A stretch of DNA of 64,000 nt from an uncultured Actinomycetota bacterium (GTDB lineage: Bacteria > Actinomycetota > Actinomycetes > CAVWCF01): assembly GCA_963753435.1 (NCBI GenBank), contig CAVWCF010000001.1, positions 1,184,001-1,248,000 of the forward strand, written 5' to 3'. Shown piece by piece: positions 1 through 9,093 of this stretch. The number at the start of each line of letters is the position of its first letter. The stretch's first letter is position 1. The position numbers and the translations under genes were made by a program. The notes under the pieces were generated by a model. The model was not told the origin of the DNA. It saw only the letters and a list, made by a program, of their open reading frames with translations, and ran no database searches.

Positions 1-894
1 GCACGCGAAGTCGGTGTCTTCGGCCGCCGCGGGCTGGTAGCGCGGCTGAACCGGTGGCGGCATCAACCAGGTGTCGTAGGCGACCACGTCCAGGTCGGCC
101 AGATCCAGATCGTGCATCCCGGTGCGGCCGTCGGTGGTGACGTAGGTGCCGTCACGGAAGTACTCAGCGGCGTTGCCGAAGTCATCGGCGACGACAACGC
201 GGGACAGCCACGCCACCCCGTCGGCCCAGTCGCCGGTTACCGGGGTGGCCGCGCGACGACTGCGCGACGGCGCCGACAGCGTCTGCGCGTTGCCGGCGGC
301 GTCCACCCATTCCATCGACACCGCGGTGAGCATGGACTCATCGGTCGCGGCCCAGGCGACCTGAATGCTCTCCCCACCCGCGTAGTAGCCCGGGCCGGTG
401 AGAAGCACCGAAGTCAGATCAGGCGGGGTCTCGTCCGCGCCGGTGTCCACAGTCGTGAACCCCACCTCGTCGAATTGCAGGTCGTGCACGCCGTCGCCGG
501 CCACGGAATCGCGCACGGTGCCATCGCTGCGGTATTCGGAGACGTTGCCCGCCCCGTCGGACAGCACCACGCGACTTAGGGATACCGGTCCGACCGCCCA
601 GCCGTCATCGATGCGGGCTTTGGCCTGCGAGCCATCCGAGACAGTCTGCGAATGCGACCGGCCGGCGGCGTCCGTCCAGTCCAGGACGACGTACTCGACG
701 CCGGATGCGTCAGTGGCGTCCCAGGAGAACTCGACGTCGTCACCGGCGGTGAAGGGCCCGGTTGCCGCGACGGACACGTCAAGCAGCGCCGGGGCGGAGT
801 CATCGGGGCGGGACTGTTGCCAGAAGCCCGACATCAACAAGGCGGGGACGAGAATCAGAACACCCATGCGGGGGGCGAGTAACGAGTCGAGCAC
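1..894 (-). CDS. Secreted or membrane-anchored protein with two tandem Ig-like repeats (3' end runs off the window)
   Basis: Not in the ORF track because there is no stop in the window. Manual translation from GTG 894 (purine-rich RBS upstream) gives a hydrophobic N-terminus (MGVLILVPALLMSGFW), then two similar ~115 aa units (DDSAPALLDVSV...WDATD...DWTDAAG...LSRVVLSDGAGN and DETPPDLTSVLL...WAATD...EWVDAAG...LSRVVVADDFGN). Confidence 0.7.
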   Translation of the reverse strand, partial: MLDSLLAPRMGVLILVPALLMSGFWQQSRPDDSAPALLDVSVAATGPFTAGDDVEFSWDATDASGVEYVVLDWTDAAGRSHSQTVSDGSQAKARIDDGWAVGPVSLSRVVLSDGAGNVSEYRSDGTVRDSVAGDGVHDLQFDEVGFTTVDTGADETPPDLTSVLLTGPGYYAGGESIQVAWAATDESMLTAVSMEWVDAAGNAQTLSAPSRSRRAATPVTGDWADGVAWLSRVVVADDFGNAAEYFRDGTYVTTDGRTGMHDLDLADLDVVAYDTWLMPPPVQPRYQPAAAEDTDFAC

Positions 895-1031
895 TCGGAC
901 CCCTTCCCCCGTGGGGCGCTCCCCCATGAGCGGTGACCGCGAGCCTAGCGAGTTGATCTTGAGGCGGCGCGGTGACCACTACGACTGGGACATCGGCCCG
1001 AACCGGGTCGGCCCTGAGGGGAACGTCAGGC

Positions 1032-1973
1032 TCAGAGCCCGCCGTAGGAGTGCAGCCCGGGGATCCAGATGTTCACCCCGACGAAGTTGAAGACGAACGA
1101 GGCGAACCCGACCAGGGCGATGATCGCCGCCCGCTTGCCCCGCCAACCGGCGGTCGCGCGGGCGTGCAGGTACCCGGCGAAGATCAGCCAGGTGATGAAC
1201 GCCCAGGTCTCCTTGGGGTCCCAGCCCCAGTAGCGGCCCCATGCGGCTTCGGCCCAGATCGCACCGGCGATGACGGCGAACGTCCAGATCGGGAACGCGA
1301 ACGCCAGGGTTCGGTAGGAGATGCGGTCCAGGGTTTCGCTGGCTGGCAGGCGGCGCGCGAAACCGTTGGTGACGCCCGTCCGCTCCCAGCGGCTCTGCAG
1401 CAGGAACAGCGCGCTGGTGACCGCGCCGACGGTGAACAGACCGGCGCACAGCGTGGCCGCCGAAACGTGGATGACCAGCCACCAGGAGTGCAGCGCCGGG
1501 ACCAGGTCGCCGGCTTCGACGTAGAGAACCGTCACCGCCAGCCCCAGGAAAAGCAGCACCGGGCCGACGACGAACAGGCCGGCCCAACGCACATCGCGGC
1601 GGGTGGACCAGAACAGCCACACCCCCATCGCCGCCAACGTGCCGCCGAGGACGAACTCGTACATGTTGCCCAGCGGCATGCGCTCGGTGGCCAGGCCGCG
1701 AGCGACGAAAGCGGCCGCGTGCAGGCCGAAACCGAGCCAGGCCAGGGACAGCCCGATGCGACCGGCGCGGTCGGAGTAGCCAGCCGCGTCGTCGCCAGTG
1801 GTCGAGTCGGTGGCGAGGTCGGCGCCGCCGTCAGCGGTGACCGCAACCGTCTGCTTGGCCGGTGAACGGCCGCCGGCGAACTGCGCGGCGAAGGCGATGA
1901 GGGACAGCAGGTAGATCGTCATCGCGGAGTAGACGAGGCCGTCGCTGAGCGTGGCCAGGCTTTCCGACGTCAC
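1032..1973 (-). CDS. ccsB: Cytochrome c biogenesis protein CcsB/ResC (system II heme lyase, WWD domain)
   Basis: WWD motif WAEAAWGRYWGWDPKETW, C-terminal GLHSY, multiple TM helices; follows resB. Confidence 0.95.
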   Translation of the reverse strand: MTSESLATLSDGLVYSAMTIYLLSLIAFAAQFAGGRSPAKQTVAVTADGGADLATDSTTGDDAAGYSDRAGRIGLSLAWLGFGLHAAAFVARGLATERMPLGNMYEFVLGGTLAAMGVWLFWSTRRDVRWAGLFVVGPVLLFLGLAVTVLYVEAGDLVPALHSWWLVIHVSAATLCAGLFTVGAVTSALFLLQSRWERTGVTNGFARRLPASETLDRISYRTLAFAFPIWTFAVIAGAIWAEAAWGRYWGWDPKETWAFITWLIFAGYLHARATAGWRGKRAAIIALVGFASFVFNFVGVNIWIPGLHSYGGL

Positions 1974-3514
1974 GTGCTGCTCCTCTCGCCCTGCAGGTGG
2001 GCGGCCAACTCATCCACCTCGGGAAGGTCGGCGCCCTCGGTGCGGGTCAGGCCCGCCACCTCGACAACGGTAGCCCCGTCCGATTCGGTGGCGCGGACCC
2101 AGATGCGACGCCGGCGGATCGAGACGCTGAGCACGAGCCCGATCATCGCCGCCACCACGCCGATCAGCACCCACAACTGACCCGGATCCGACGCGATCTG
2201 GAACGACGCCCACTCGCGCACCTCGACGAACTCGATGCTGCCCAAGCCGTCGGGCAACTCCCACACGTCCCCCGGCGCCAACGAGTTGATGTCGACGCGT
2301 TCGAGGTCCTCGGTGTCGAGGGAGTAGACGTTCTGCGGTTTGCCGGTGTCCAACCCCAGGTCGCCGATCCACGCGGCCAGGAACAGGCGCGGGTCGTCGG
2401 CGGCCGGGTAGGTAGAGATGGGGCCGAGTTCGGGGTCGATGGACGCGGTGGGCAGGAACAGCCCGGTGAACGCGAGCTGCTCCGGGCGCGCATCCGGTGC
2501 CTTGATGACGCCGTCGGAGGTGAAGTCCGCGTCCACAGGCAGGAACGGCACCGGCCCGTCCACAACCACCCGCCCGTCGCCGTCGCGGACCCGGACGACT
2601 GGCGAGTATCCGTGCCCGATCAAGTACATGGAGGCGCCATCAACCCGCAGCGGCTGATTGACCTGCACCGTGACCTCGCGCTGTGGCTCGCCCGGTGCGT
2701 CGCGCACCAGCAGGTCCGCCTCGAACGAACTCGGCTGCCCGTCCTGGGAACCACCGCGGATGTATTCGGCGCGGAAGTCGGTCATGGTGAACGCGAACGG
2801 CGGCAGGTCTTCCTCATCCGCCCACCGCCCGGCGTCGAACTCGTCGTACTGCGGCACGGTGTTGGCGAAGCCTTCGCCTTCGGTGATCAGCGCCCCGCCG
2901 CGGGTGCTGAACAACGCGCCAACCGCAACGCCGACCAGGACCACGATCAGGCTCAGGTGGAACAGCAGGTTGCCGGTCTCCTTGGTGTAGCCCTTCTCCG
3001 CAGAGACCGAGTCGTCGCCGGGTTGGCGGGTCCGGATGCGGAACCCCATGTCGCGCAGTTGCGCCTCGGCGTCGTCGAGCACCAGCTCACTTGGTTGAGC
3101 GGCTTGCAGTTGCCGGTGCTCGGGCAGCCGGGCCAGGTTGCGTGGCGTGGCCGGCGGGGCGGCCCGCATCGCGCGGTAGTGCTGAAGCGCGCGTGGCAGC
3201 ACGCAACCGACGAGGCTGACCATGAGCAGCAGGTAGATGGCGGCGAACCACACCGAACCGAACACGTCGAACAGCCCGAGGGCGTCGTAGACATCGGCCA
3301 GCGTCGGGTTGGCCTGCTCGAACGCACGCACCTGGGCCGGGTCGACCGGGCGTTGCGGCAGGACGCTGCCAGGAATGGACGCCAACGCCAGCAGGAACAA
3401 CAGCACCAGTGCGGTGCGCATCGACGTCAGCTGCCGCCAGGCCCAGCGCAGCAGACCAACCGAACCGATGTCGGGCAGTTGCGGGTCGGTGCGCTCGCGC
3501 AGGTCGGCGCTCAC
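1970..3514 (-). CDS. resB: Cytochrome c biogenesis protein ResB
   Basis: WRQLTSMRTALVLLFLLALASIPGSVLPQ N-terminus, GNLLFH, VNQPL; lies between ccdA and ccsB. Confidence 0.93.
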   Translation of the reverse strand: MSADLRERTDPQLPDIGSVGLLRWAWRQLTSMRTALVLLFLLALASIPGSVLPQRPVDPAQVRAFEQANPTLADVYDALGLFDVFGSVWFAAIYLLLMVSLVGCVLPRALQHYRAMRAAPPATPRNLARLPEHRQLQAAQPSELVLDDAEAQLRDMGFRIRTRQPGDDSVSAEKGYTKETGNLLFHLSLIVVLVGVAVGALFSTRGGALITEGEGFANTVPQYDEFDAGRWADEEDLPPFAFTMTDFRAEYIRGGSQDGQPSSFEADLLVRDAPGEPQREVTVQVNQPLRVDGASMYLIGHGYSPVVRVRDGDGRVVVDGPVPFLPVDADFTSDGVIKAPDARPEQLAFTGLFLPTASIDPELGPISTYPAADDPRLFLAAWIGDLGLDTGKPQNVYSLDTEDLERVDINSLAPGDVWELPDGLGSIEFVEVREWASFQIASDPGQLWVLIGVVAAMIGLVLSVSIRRRRIWVRATESDGATVVEVAGLTRTEGADLPEVDELAAHLQGERSST

Positions 3515-3568
3515 TCGGGCACCGTGGGGGTCGCGACGGATACGGCTGACGTCATGGGCGTTTCCATG

Positions 3569-4333
3569 TCACAGCGCCGGGGTGAAGCCGGAGATCCAAG
3601 TGCGCATCTGCACCGCCAACTCCCCCCACAGCCCGGTCACCAGCAGCACGCCGAGCAGCATGAGCATCCCACCACCGATGCGCATGATCAGTGCGTAGTG
3701 CTGCTTCACCCAGTCGATCGCACCGGCGGCGCGACGCACCCCGACGGCGATCAGGATGAACGGCAGCCCCAACCCCAGGCAGTAGAAGGCGGTCAGCAGC
3801 GCGCCACGGGCGGCGCTGGCCTCGGTCACCGCCAGGGCCTGGACGGATGCCAGCGTGGGGCCGATGCACGGCGTCCACCCCAACCCGAACAGCACGCCCA
3901 GCAGCGGGGCGCCCACCCAGCCGACGACCGGGACCGTGTGCACACGCAGGTCCCGGTTGAAGCCGGGCAGGATGCCGACGAACGCCAGGCCCATCGCGAT
4001 GGTGAGCAGACCGAGGACCACCTCGAGCTGGCGGGAGTACTCCAGCAGCCAGGAGCCGAGCTCGCCGAACAGGGCGCCGTAGGAGACGAAGACGGCGGTG
4101 AACCCGAGGACGAACAGCAACGTGCCGGCGAGCATCCGGCCGCGGCGGGGTTGATCCAGGTCCAGGCCGGTCAACCCGGTGACGTAGGACAAGTAGGCGG
4201 GAACGAGCGGGAGCACGCACGGCGACAGGAACGACACCACGCCGGCGGCCGTGGCGATCGGGATCGCCAACAGCAGCGACCCGGACGTGACCGTGCTGTC
4301 CTCAGTGAGCAGTGCTGCCCAGGCCAGGCTCAC
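3569..4333 (-). CDS. ccdA: Cytochrome c biogenesis protein CcdA
   Basis: SFLSPCVLPLVPAYL and GWTPCIGPTL motifs. Confidence 0.95.
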   Translation of the reverse strand: MSLAWAALLTEDSTVTSGSLLLAIPIATAAGVVSFLSPCVLPLVPAYLSYVTGLTGLDLDQPRRGRMLAGTLLFVLGFTAVFVSYGALFGELGSWLLEYSRQLEVVLGLLTIAMGLAFVGILPGFNRDLRVHTVPVVGWVGAPLLGVLFGLGWTPCIGPTLASVQALAVTEASAARGALLTAFYCLGLGLPFILIAVGVRRAAGAIDWVKQHYALIMRIGGGMLMLLGVLLVTGLWGELAVQMRTWISGFTPAL

Positions 4334-4908
4334 GCCAGGACCTGGTCGAGCAGTTCGCGCAGCCGGACCTCGGTGATGGGTCCGATGACGCGCGCGGCGA
4401 TACCCCCGTCGGCGTCGATGATGAGCGTGGACGGGATCGCCTGCGGCGGCAGCGTGCCGCGGAACTGCAGCAGCAACTCACCGTCAGGATCGATCAGGCT
4501 CGGGTAGGTGACCCCGGTGTTCTCCAGGAACGCGATCGCCGCCGCTTCGTCGTCGCGGGTGTCGATCCCGACGAAGCCGACGTTGCGTTCGGCGTAGTCC
4601 TCGCTGACCCGCTGCAGCCCCGGCATCTCCGCGCGGCACGGGGCGCACCAACTCGCCCACACGTTCAGCACCACCGTGCTGCCCCGCTGCTCGGCCAAGG
4701 AGTAGGTGCCGCCGTCCAGCGTGGGACCGGAAATGTCCGGCGCGGGCTCGCGCTCCCCCTCGGGAACCAAGGTGGTCGTGCCGGCCCCCTCGACGAACCC
4801 GGTGTCGCCGCCGACGACCTCACCGGCGCCGGAGGACCCGCACGCGGTCAACGCCAGCGCGGCTGCGCCCAGGAGCGCCGCGATTCGCAGTCGTCGATAG
4901 GAGGCCAT
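4330..4908 (-). CDS. TlpA/ResA-family thiol-disulfide oxidoreductase lipoprotein
   Basis: Lipobox [14 protein letters not shown] thioredoxin motif; start set at ATG 4908. Confidence 0.9.
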   Translation of the reverse strand: MASYRRLRIAALLGAAALALTACGSSGAGEVVGGDTGFVEGAGTTTLVPEGEREPAPDISGPTLDGGTYSLAEQRGSTVVLNVWASWCAPCRAEMPGLQRVSEDYAERNVGFVGIDTRDDEAAAIAFLENTGVTYPSLIDPDGELLLQFRGTLPPQAIPSTLIIDADGGIAARVIGPITEVRLRELLDQVLA

Positions 4909-5057
4909 GGTGAGGATCAGACGGTACGCGGGCGGCTGAGGTTGCCCGGACTCCGGGCGCCGGGAACGGGCGAACCGATTGCGGCGCGAACTCCCAAGGG
5001 ATGGAATGGGCGGACCGGCCGGACCCGGCTGGTTCACCGCCACTGCGGAGGCGCCCG

Positions 5058-5885
5058 ATGCGCGCAGCACTCGTACAGACCGACTGGACCGGCGACAAAG
5101 AGTCGATGATCACCGCCCACGAGGGCTACGCCCGCGACGCGGCCGCGGCCGGGGCGCAGATCGTGTGCTTTCAGGAGTTGTTCTACGGCCCGTACTTCTG
5201 TCAGGTGCAGGACGCGGCGTTCTACGAGTACGCCGAGACGGTCCCCGGGCCGACCATCGAGCGGTTCCAGGCACTGGCCGCCGAACTGAACATGGTCATG
5301 GTCCTGCCGGTGTACGAGGAGGAGCAGCCCGGCTTTCTCTACAACACCGCAGCGGTCGTCGACGCCGACGGCAAGTACCTGGGCAAGTACCGCAAGCACC
5401 ACATCCCGCACGTGAAGGGCTTCTGGGAGAAGTTCTACTTCCGCCCCGGCAACCTGGGCTTCCCCGTCTTCGACACCGCGGTCGGCCGCGTCGGCGTCTA
5501 CATCTGCTACGACCGGCACTTCCCCGAAGGCTGGCGAGCGCTCGGCCTCAACGGCGCGCAGATCGTGTTCAACCCCAGCGCCACCTCGCGCGGGCTGTCC
5601 AGCTACCTGTGGAAGCTCGAACAGCCGGCGGCGGCCGTCGCCAACGAGTACTTCATCGGCGCGATCAACCGCGTCGGCATCGAGGACCTAGGTGACGACG
5701 ACTTCTACGGGACGAGTTACTTCGTGGACCCCGAAGGCAACTTCGTCGGCGACGTCGGTGACCCGAGCAAACCGGAACTGATCGTGCGCGACCTGGACAT
5801 GGACCTGCTGCACGAGGTGCGCAACCGTTGGGCGTTCTACCGGGACCGTCGGCCGGACGCCTACGACGACCTGGTTCAACCATGA
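5058..5885 (+). CDS. Nitrilase-superfamily C-N hydrolase (beta-ureidopropionase-like)
   Basis: Catalytic triad contexts FQELF, YRKHHIP, ICYDRHFPE; FWEKFYF; GGAGG RBS before ATG 5058; next to dihydropyrimidinase. Confidence 0.9.
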   Translation: MRAALVQTDWTGDKESMITAHEGYARDAAAAGAQIVCFQELFYGPYFCQVQDAAFYEYAETVPGPTIERFQALAAELNMVMVLPVYEEEQPGFLYNTAAVVDADGKYLGKYRKHHIPHVKGFWEKFYFRPGNLGFPVFDTAVGRVGVYICYDRHFPEGWRALGLNGAQIVFNPSATSRGLSSYLWKLEQPAAAVANEYFIGAINRVGIEDLGDDDFYGTSYFVDPEGNFVGDVGDPSKPELIVRDLDMDLLHEVRNRWAFYRDRRPDAYDDLVQP

Positions 5886-5935
5886 GCAGTTCAACCATGA
5901 GCAGTTCAGCCGTGAGGACGGTTCGGCCATGACCA
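5874..5935 (+). repeat. 15-bp tandem repeat (GTTCAACCATGAGCA x2 plus two degenerate copies) containing a 16-codon ORF at 5882-5932
   Basis: Read directly: gttcaaccatgagca gttcaaccatgagca gttcagccgtgagga cg gttcggccatgac. Confidence 0.8.
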
Positions 5936-7344
5936 CACTCATTCGCGGCGGAACGGTCATCGGACCCGTCAGCGCCCAACTGCTGGACGTACTCATCGAC
6001 GGCGAACGGATCGTCGCCCTGCTGACCCCCGGCGACCACTCCCTCGGCGTCGACGTCGCCGCGTCCGCGGACACGGTCATCGATGCGACCGGCAAGTACG
6101 TCGTCCCCGGCGGCGTGGACGGCCACACCCACATGGAATTGCCGTTCGGCGGCACGTTCGCCTCGGACACGTTCGAAACCGGCACCCGGGCCGCCGCGCA
6201 CGGCGGCACCACCACCATCGTCGACTTCGCGGTGCAGCGCACCGGCGAACGGGTTCAGGACGGTCTGGCCGCCTGGCACGACAAGGCCGCCGGGCAATGC
6301 GCCATCGACTACGGCTTCCACCAGATCGTCGGCGGGGTGGACGACGAGTCGCTGAAGGCGATGGACGAACTCGTTGACGAAGGCGTCACCAGCTTCAAGC
6401 TGTTCATGGCCTACCCGGGCGTCTTCTACTCCGACGACGGCCAGGTGCTGCGCGCCATGCAGACCGCGGCCAACAACGGCTCACTCATCATGATGCACGC
6501 CGAGAACGGCATCGCGATCGACGTCCTCGTGGCCCAAGCCCTGGCCCGCGGCGACACCGCCCCGAAGTACCACGGCCTGACCCGACCCTGGGAGACCGAG
6601 GAGGAGGCGTCGCACCGCGCGATCATGTTGGCGCGCATCGCCGGGGCGCCGCTGTACATCGTGCACATGTCCGCCAAGCAGGCTGTTGAAGCGGTCGCGG
6701 TCGCGCGCGGTGAGGGCTGGAACGTCTTCGGCGAGACCTGCCCGCAGTACCTGTACCTGTCGCTGGAGGAACACCTGTCCAAGCCAGGATTTGAGGGCGC
6801 CGGGTATGTCTGCTCCACGCCGCTGCGATCCATGGCGGAGGGCCACCAGGAGGAACTGTGGCGCTACCTGCGCACCGGTGACCTGTCCGTCGTGAGCACC
6901 GACCACTGCCCGTTCTGCATGAAGGAGCAGAAGGAACTCGGGCTGAACGACTTCTCCAAGATCCCCAACGGCATCGGCGGCGTCGAGCACCGCATGGACC
7001 TGCTGTACCAAGGCGTCGTCGACGGGCGCATCTCGTTGAGCCGGTGGGTGGAGTTGTGCTGCACAACGCCGGCCCGGATGTTCGGGCTGCACCCGCGCAA
7101 GGGCGAGATCGTTCCGGGCGCGGACGCCGACGTGGTGATCTACGACCCGACCGCGCGCACCCGCATCTCCGTGGACACGCACCACATGAACATGGACTAC
7201 TCCGCGTACGAGGGCATCGAGATCGCCGGTGGCGTGGACACCGTGCTGTCCCGAGGTTCAGTGGTAATCGACTCCGGCGAGTACGTCGGGCGCAAGGGGC
7301 ATGGGCAGTTCCTCAAGCGCGGTCTGTCGCAGAACCTGATCTGA
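5929..7344 (+). CDS. hydA: Dihydropyrimidinase / D-hydantoinase
   Basis: PGGVDGHTH metal motif, SFKLFMAYPG, HAENG, STDHCPF, KIPNG. Confidence 0.95.
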   Translation: MTTLIRGGTVIGPVSAQLLDVLIDGERIVALLTPGDHSLGVDVAASADTVIDATGKYVVPGGVDGHTHMELPFGGTFASDTFETGTRAAAHGGTTTIVDFAVQRTGERVQDGLAAWHDKAAGQCAIDYGFHQIVGGVDDESLKAMDELVDEGVTSFKLFMAYPGVFYSDDGQVLRAMQTAANNGSLIMMHAENGIAIDVLVAQALARGDTAPKYHGLTRPWETEEEASHRAIMLARIAGAPLYIVHMSAKQAVEAVAVARGEGWNVFGETCPQYLYLSLEEHLSKPGFEGAGYVCSTPLRSMAEGHQEELWRYLRTGDLSVVSTDHCPFCMKEQKELGLNDFSKIPNGIGGVEHRMDLLYQGVVDGRISLSRWVELCCTTPARMFGLHPRKGEIVPGADADVVIYDPTARTRISVDTHHMNMDYSAYEGIEIAGGVDTVLSRGSVVIDSGEYVGRKGHGQFLKRGLSQNLI

Positions 7345-7354
7345 GGGAGCGACC

Positions 7355-8374
7355 ATGGATTTCGGTGTCGTCTTGCAGTGCAACCCGCCGGCTTGGCGCG
7401 TCGTCGACCTGGCGAAGAAGTCGGAGTTGGCGGGGTTCCGCTACGTGTGGACGTTCGACTCGCACCTGCTGTGGCAGGAGCCGTACGTCATCTACAGCCA
7501 GATACTCGCGGCCACGCATCGGGTGACCGTCGGGCCGATGGTGACCAACCCGGCCACGCGCGACTGGACGGTGACCGCATCCACGTTCGCGACGCTCAAC
7601 GAGATGTTCGGCAACCGCACGGTGTGCGGGATCGGCCGTGGCGACTCGGCGGTGCGCGTCACCAATGGCAAGCCGGTGCGGTTGGCGGAACTGCGTGAGT
7701 CCATCGGCGTGATCAGCGACCTGGCCAACGGGCGGCCCACTGAATACAAGGGCAGCACGCTGCAGTTCCCGTGGAGTTCCGACAGCCGTCTGGAGATGTG
7801 GGTGGCCGCGTACGGGCCGAAGGCGTTGGCGTTGGCCGGCGAAGTCGGTGACGGGTTCATCCTGCAGTTGGCCGACCTGTCCATCGCGGAGTGGAGCATC
7901 AACGCGGTCCGCGAAGCTGCTGCCGCCGCCGGGCGCGACCCGGACTCGGTGACGATCTGCGTGGCTGCACCGGCGTATGTGGGCGAGGACCTGGCGCACC
8001 AACGCGACCAGTGCCGCTGGTTCGGCGGGATGGTCGGCAACCACGTGGCCGACATCGTCGCCCGCTACGGCGCCGATGGCGCCAACATCCCGCAGGCGTT
8101 GACCGACTACATCGCCGGCCGATCCGGCTACGACTACAACGAGCACGGACAGGTGGGCAACACGCACGCCGACTTCGTGCCCGACGACATCGTGGACCGC
8201 TTCTGTTTGCTCGGCCCGCCCGAAGCGCACATCGACAAGCTCATCGCGCTCAAGGAACTCGGCGTGGACCAGTTCGCCGTCTACCTGCAGCACGACGCGC
8301 AGGAGGCGACGCTGGCCGCGTACGCCGAGCACGTCATCCCGGCACTGACCGAACACGCCCGCGCCAAGTCCTAA
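7355..8374 (+). CDS. LLM-class putative F420-dependent oxidoreductase (TIGR03842-like)
   Basis: MDFGVVLQ, WTFDSHLLWQEP, GIGRGDSA, AAYGPKAL; this family is usually found beside nitrilase and hydantoinase genes. Confidence 0.85.
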   Translation: MDFGVVLQCNPPAWRVVDLAKKSELAGFRYVWTFDSHLLWQEPYVIYSQILAATHRVTVGPMVTNPATRDWTVTASTFATLNEMFGNRTVCGIGRGDSAVRVTNGKPVRLAELRESIGVISDLANGRPTEYKGSTLQFPWSSDSRLEMWVAAYGPKALALAGEVGDGFILQLADLSIAEWSINAVREAAAAAGRDPDSVTICVAAPAYVGEDLAHQRDQCRWFGGMVGNHVADIVARYGADGANIPQALTDYIAGRSGYDYNEHGQVGNTHADFVPDDIVDRFCLLGPPEAHIDKLIALKELGVDQFAVYLQHDAQEATLAAYAEHVIPALTEHARAKS

Positions 8375-8437
8375 GCAGGGGCGGCGCTGAGCGGCCTGGT
8401 TCCGGCCAAGCGCTATGAGAGCGGCTCTGTGCGGGGT
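8375..8437. repeat. Dispersed intergenic palindromic repeat, family C copy 1
   Basis: AGAGCGGCTCTGTGCGGGGT (8418-8437) is identical to 45281-45300, with further similarity upstream. Confidence 0.7.
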
Positions 8438-9081
8438 TAGGCGCCGGGCGGGCCGGCGTGCTCGGGCAGCAGGTGCTTGCACGGCTCGGAGTAGCCGACG
8501 CTGACCAGCCGGTCACCGTCGTACTCCAACGTCGTCACGCTGGCCAACGAACACTGCCGCCGCCGCGGGTCGTGGTACAGGTGCCGACCCTCAAGCAGGT
8601 TGCGCACCGCCCAGATGGGCGACTGGTGGCTGACCAGCACCGCCTCGCGCCCCGCCGCGGCCCACCGCGCATCGCCAACGGCCGCCAGCACCCGTCGGGC
8701 CTGCGCCACGTACGGCTCACCCCACGACGGCCGGAACGGGTTCACCAACTGCGCCCAGTGCTTCGGCTGCTTCAACGAGCCGTCACCGACGCCGAACGTC
8801 ATGCCCTCGAAGTAGTTCTCCGCCTCGATCAAGCGGGCATCGCGACCGACGGCCAACCCCAGAGCGGCCGCGATCGGTGCGGCTGTCTGCTGCGCCCGGT
8901 CCAGCGGCGAGGCGATGACGGTGGCGATGTCCGCGCCGGCGAAGTGCGCGGCCAGACACTCGGCCATCTGTTCGCCGCGCTCGGACAACACGTACCCGGG
9001 CAGGCGGCCGTAGAGGATGCCTTCGGGGTTGTGCACCTCACCGTGGCGGACCAGGTGGACCTGAGTGTGCGCGTCGCTCAT
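8437..9081 (-). CDS. Histidine phosphatase / phosphoglycerate mutase family protein
   Basis: VRHGEVHNP (RHG), SPLDRAQQTA, VSHQSPI; usual position downstream of hemL. Confidence 0.92.
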   Translation of the reverse strand: MSDAHTQVHLVRHGEVHNPEGILYGRLPGYVLSERGEQMAECLAAHFAGADIATVIASPLDRAQQTAAPIAAALGLAVGRDARLIEAENYFEGMTFGVGDGSLKQPKHWAQLVNPFRPSWGEPYVAQARRVLAAVGDARWAAAGREAVLVSHQSPIWAVRNLLEGRHLYHDPRRRQCSLASVTTLEYDGDRLVSVGYSEPCKHLLPEHAGPPGA

Positions 9082-9093
9082 TGGCTCATCCTG

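Noticed and set aside
1997-4507. Long plus-strand ORFs such as 836 aa here, 12842..15187 and 39867..41564
   Set aside because: Antisense shadows of real high-GC genes; no motifs of their own.
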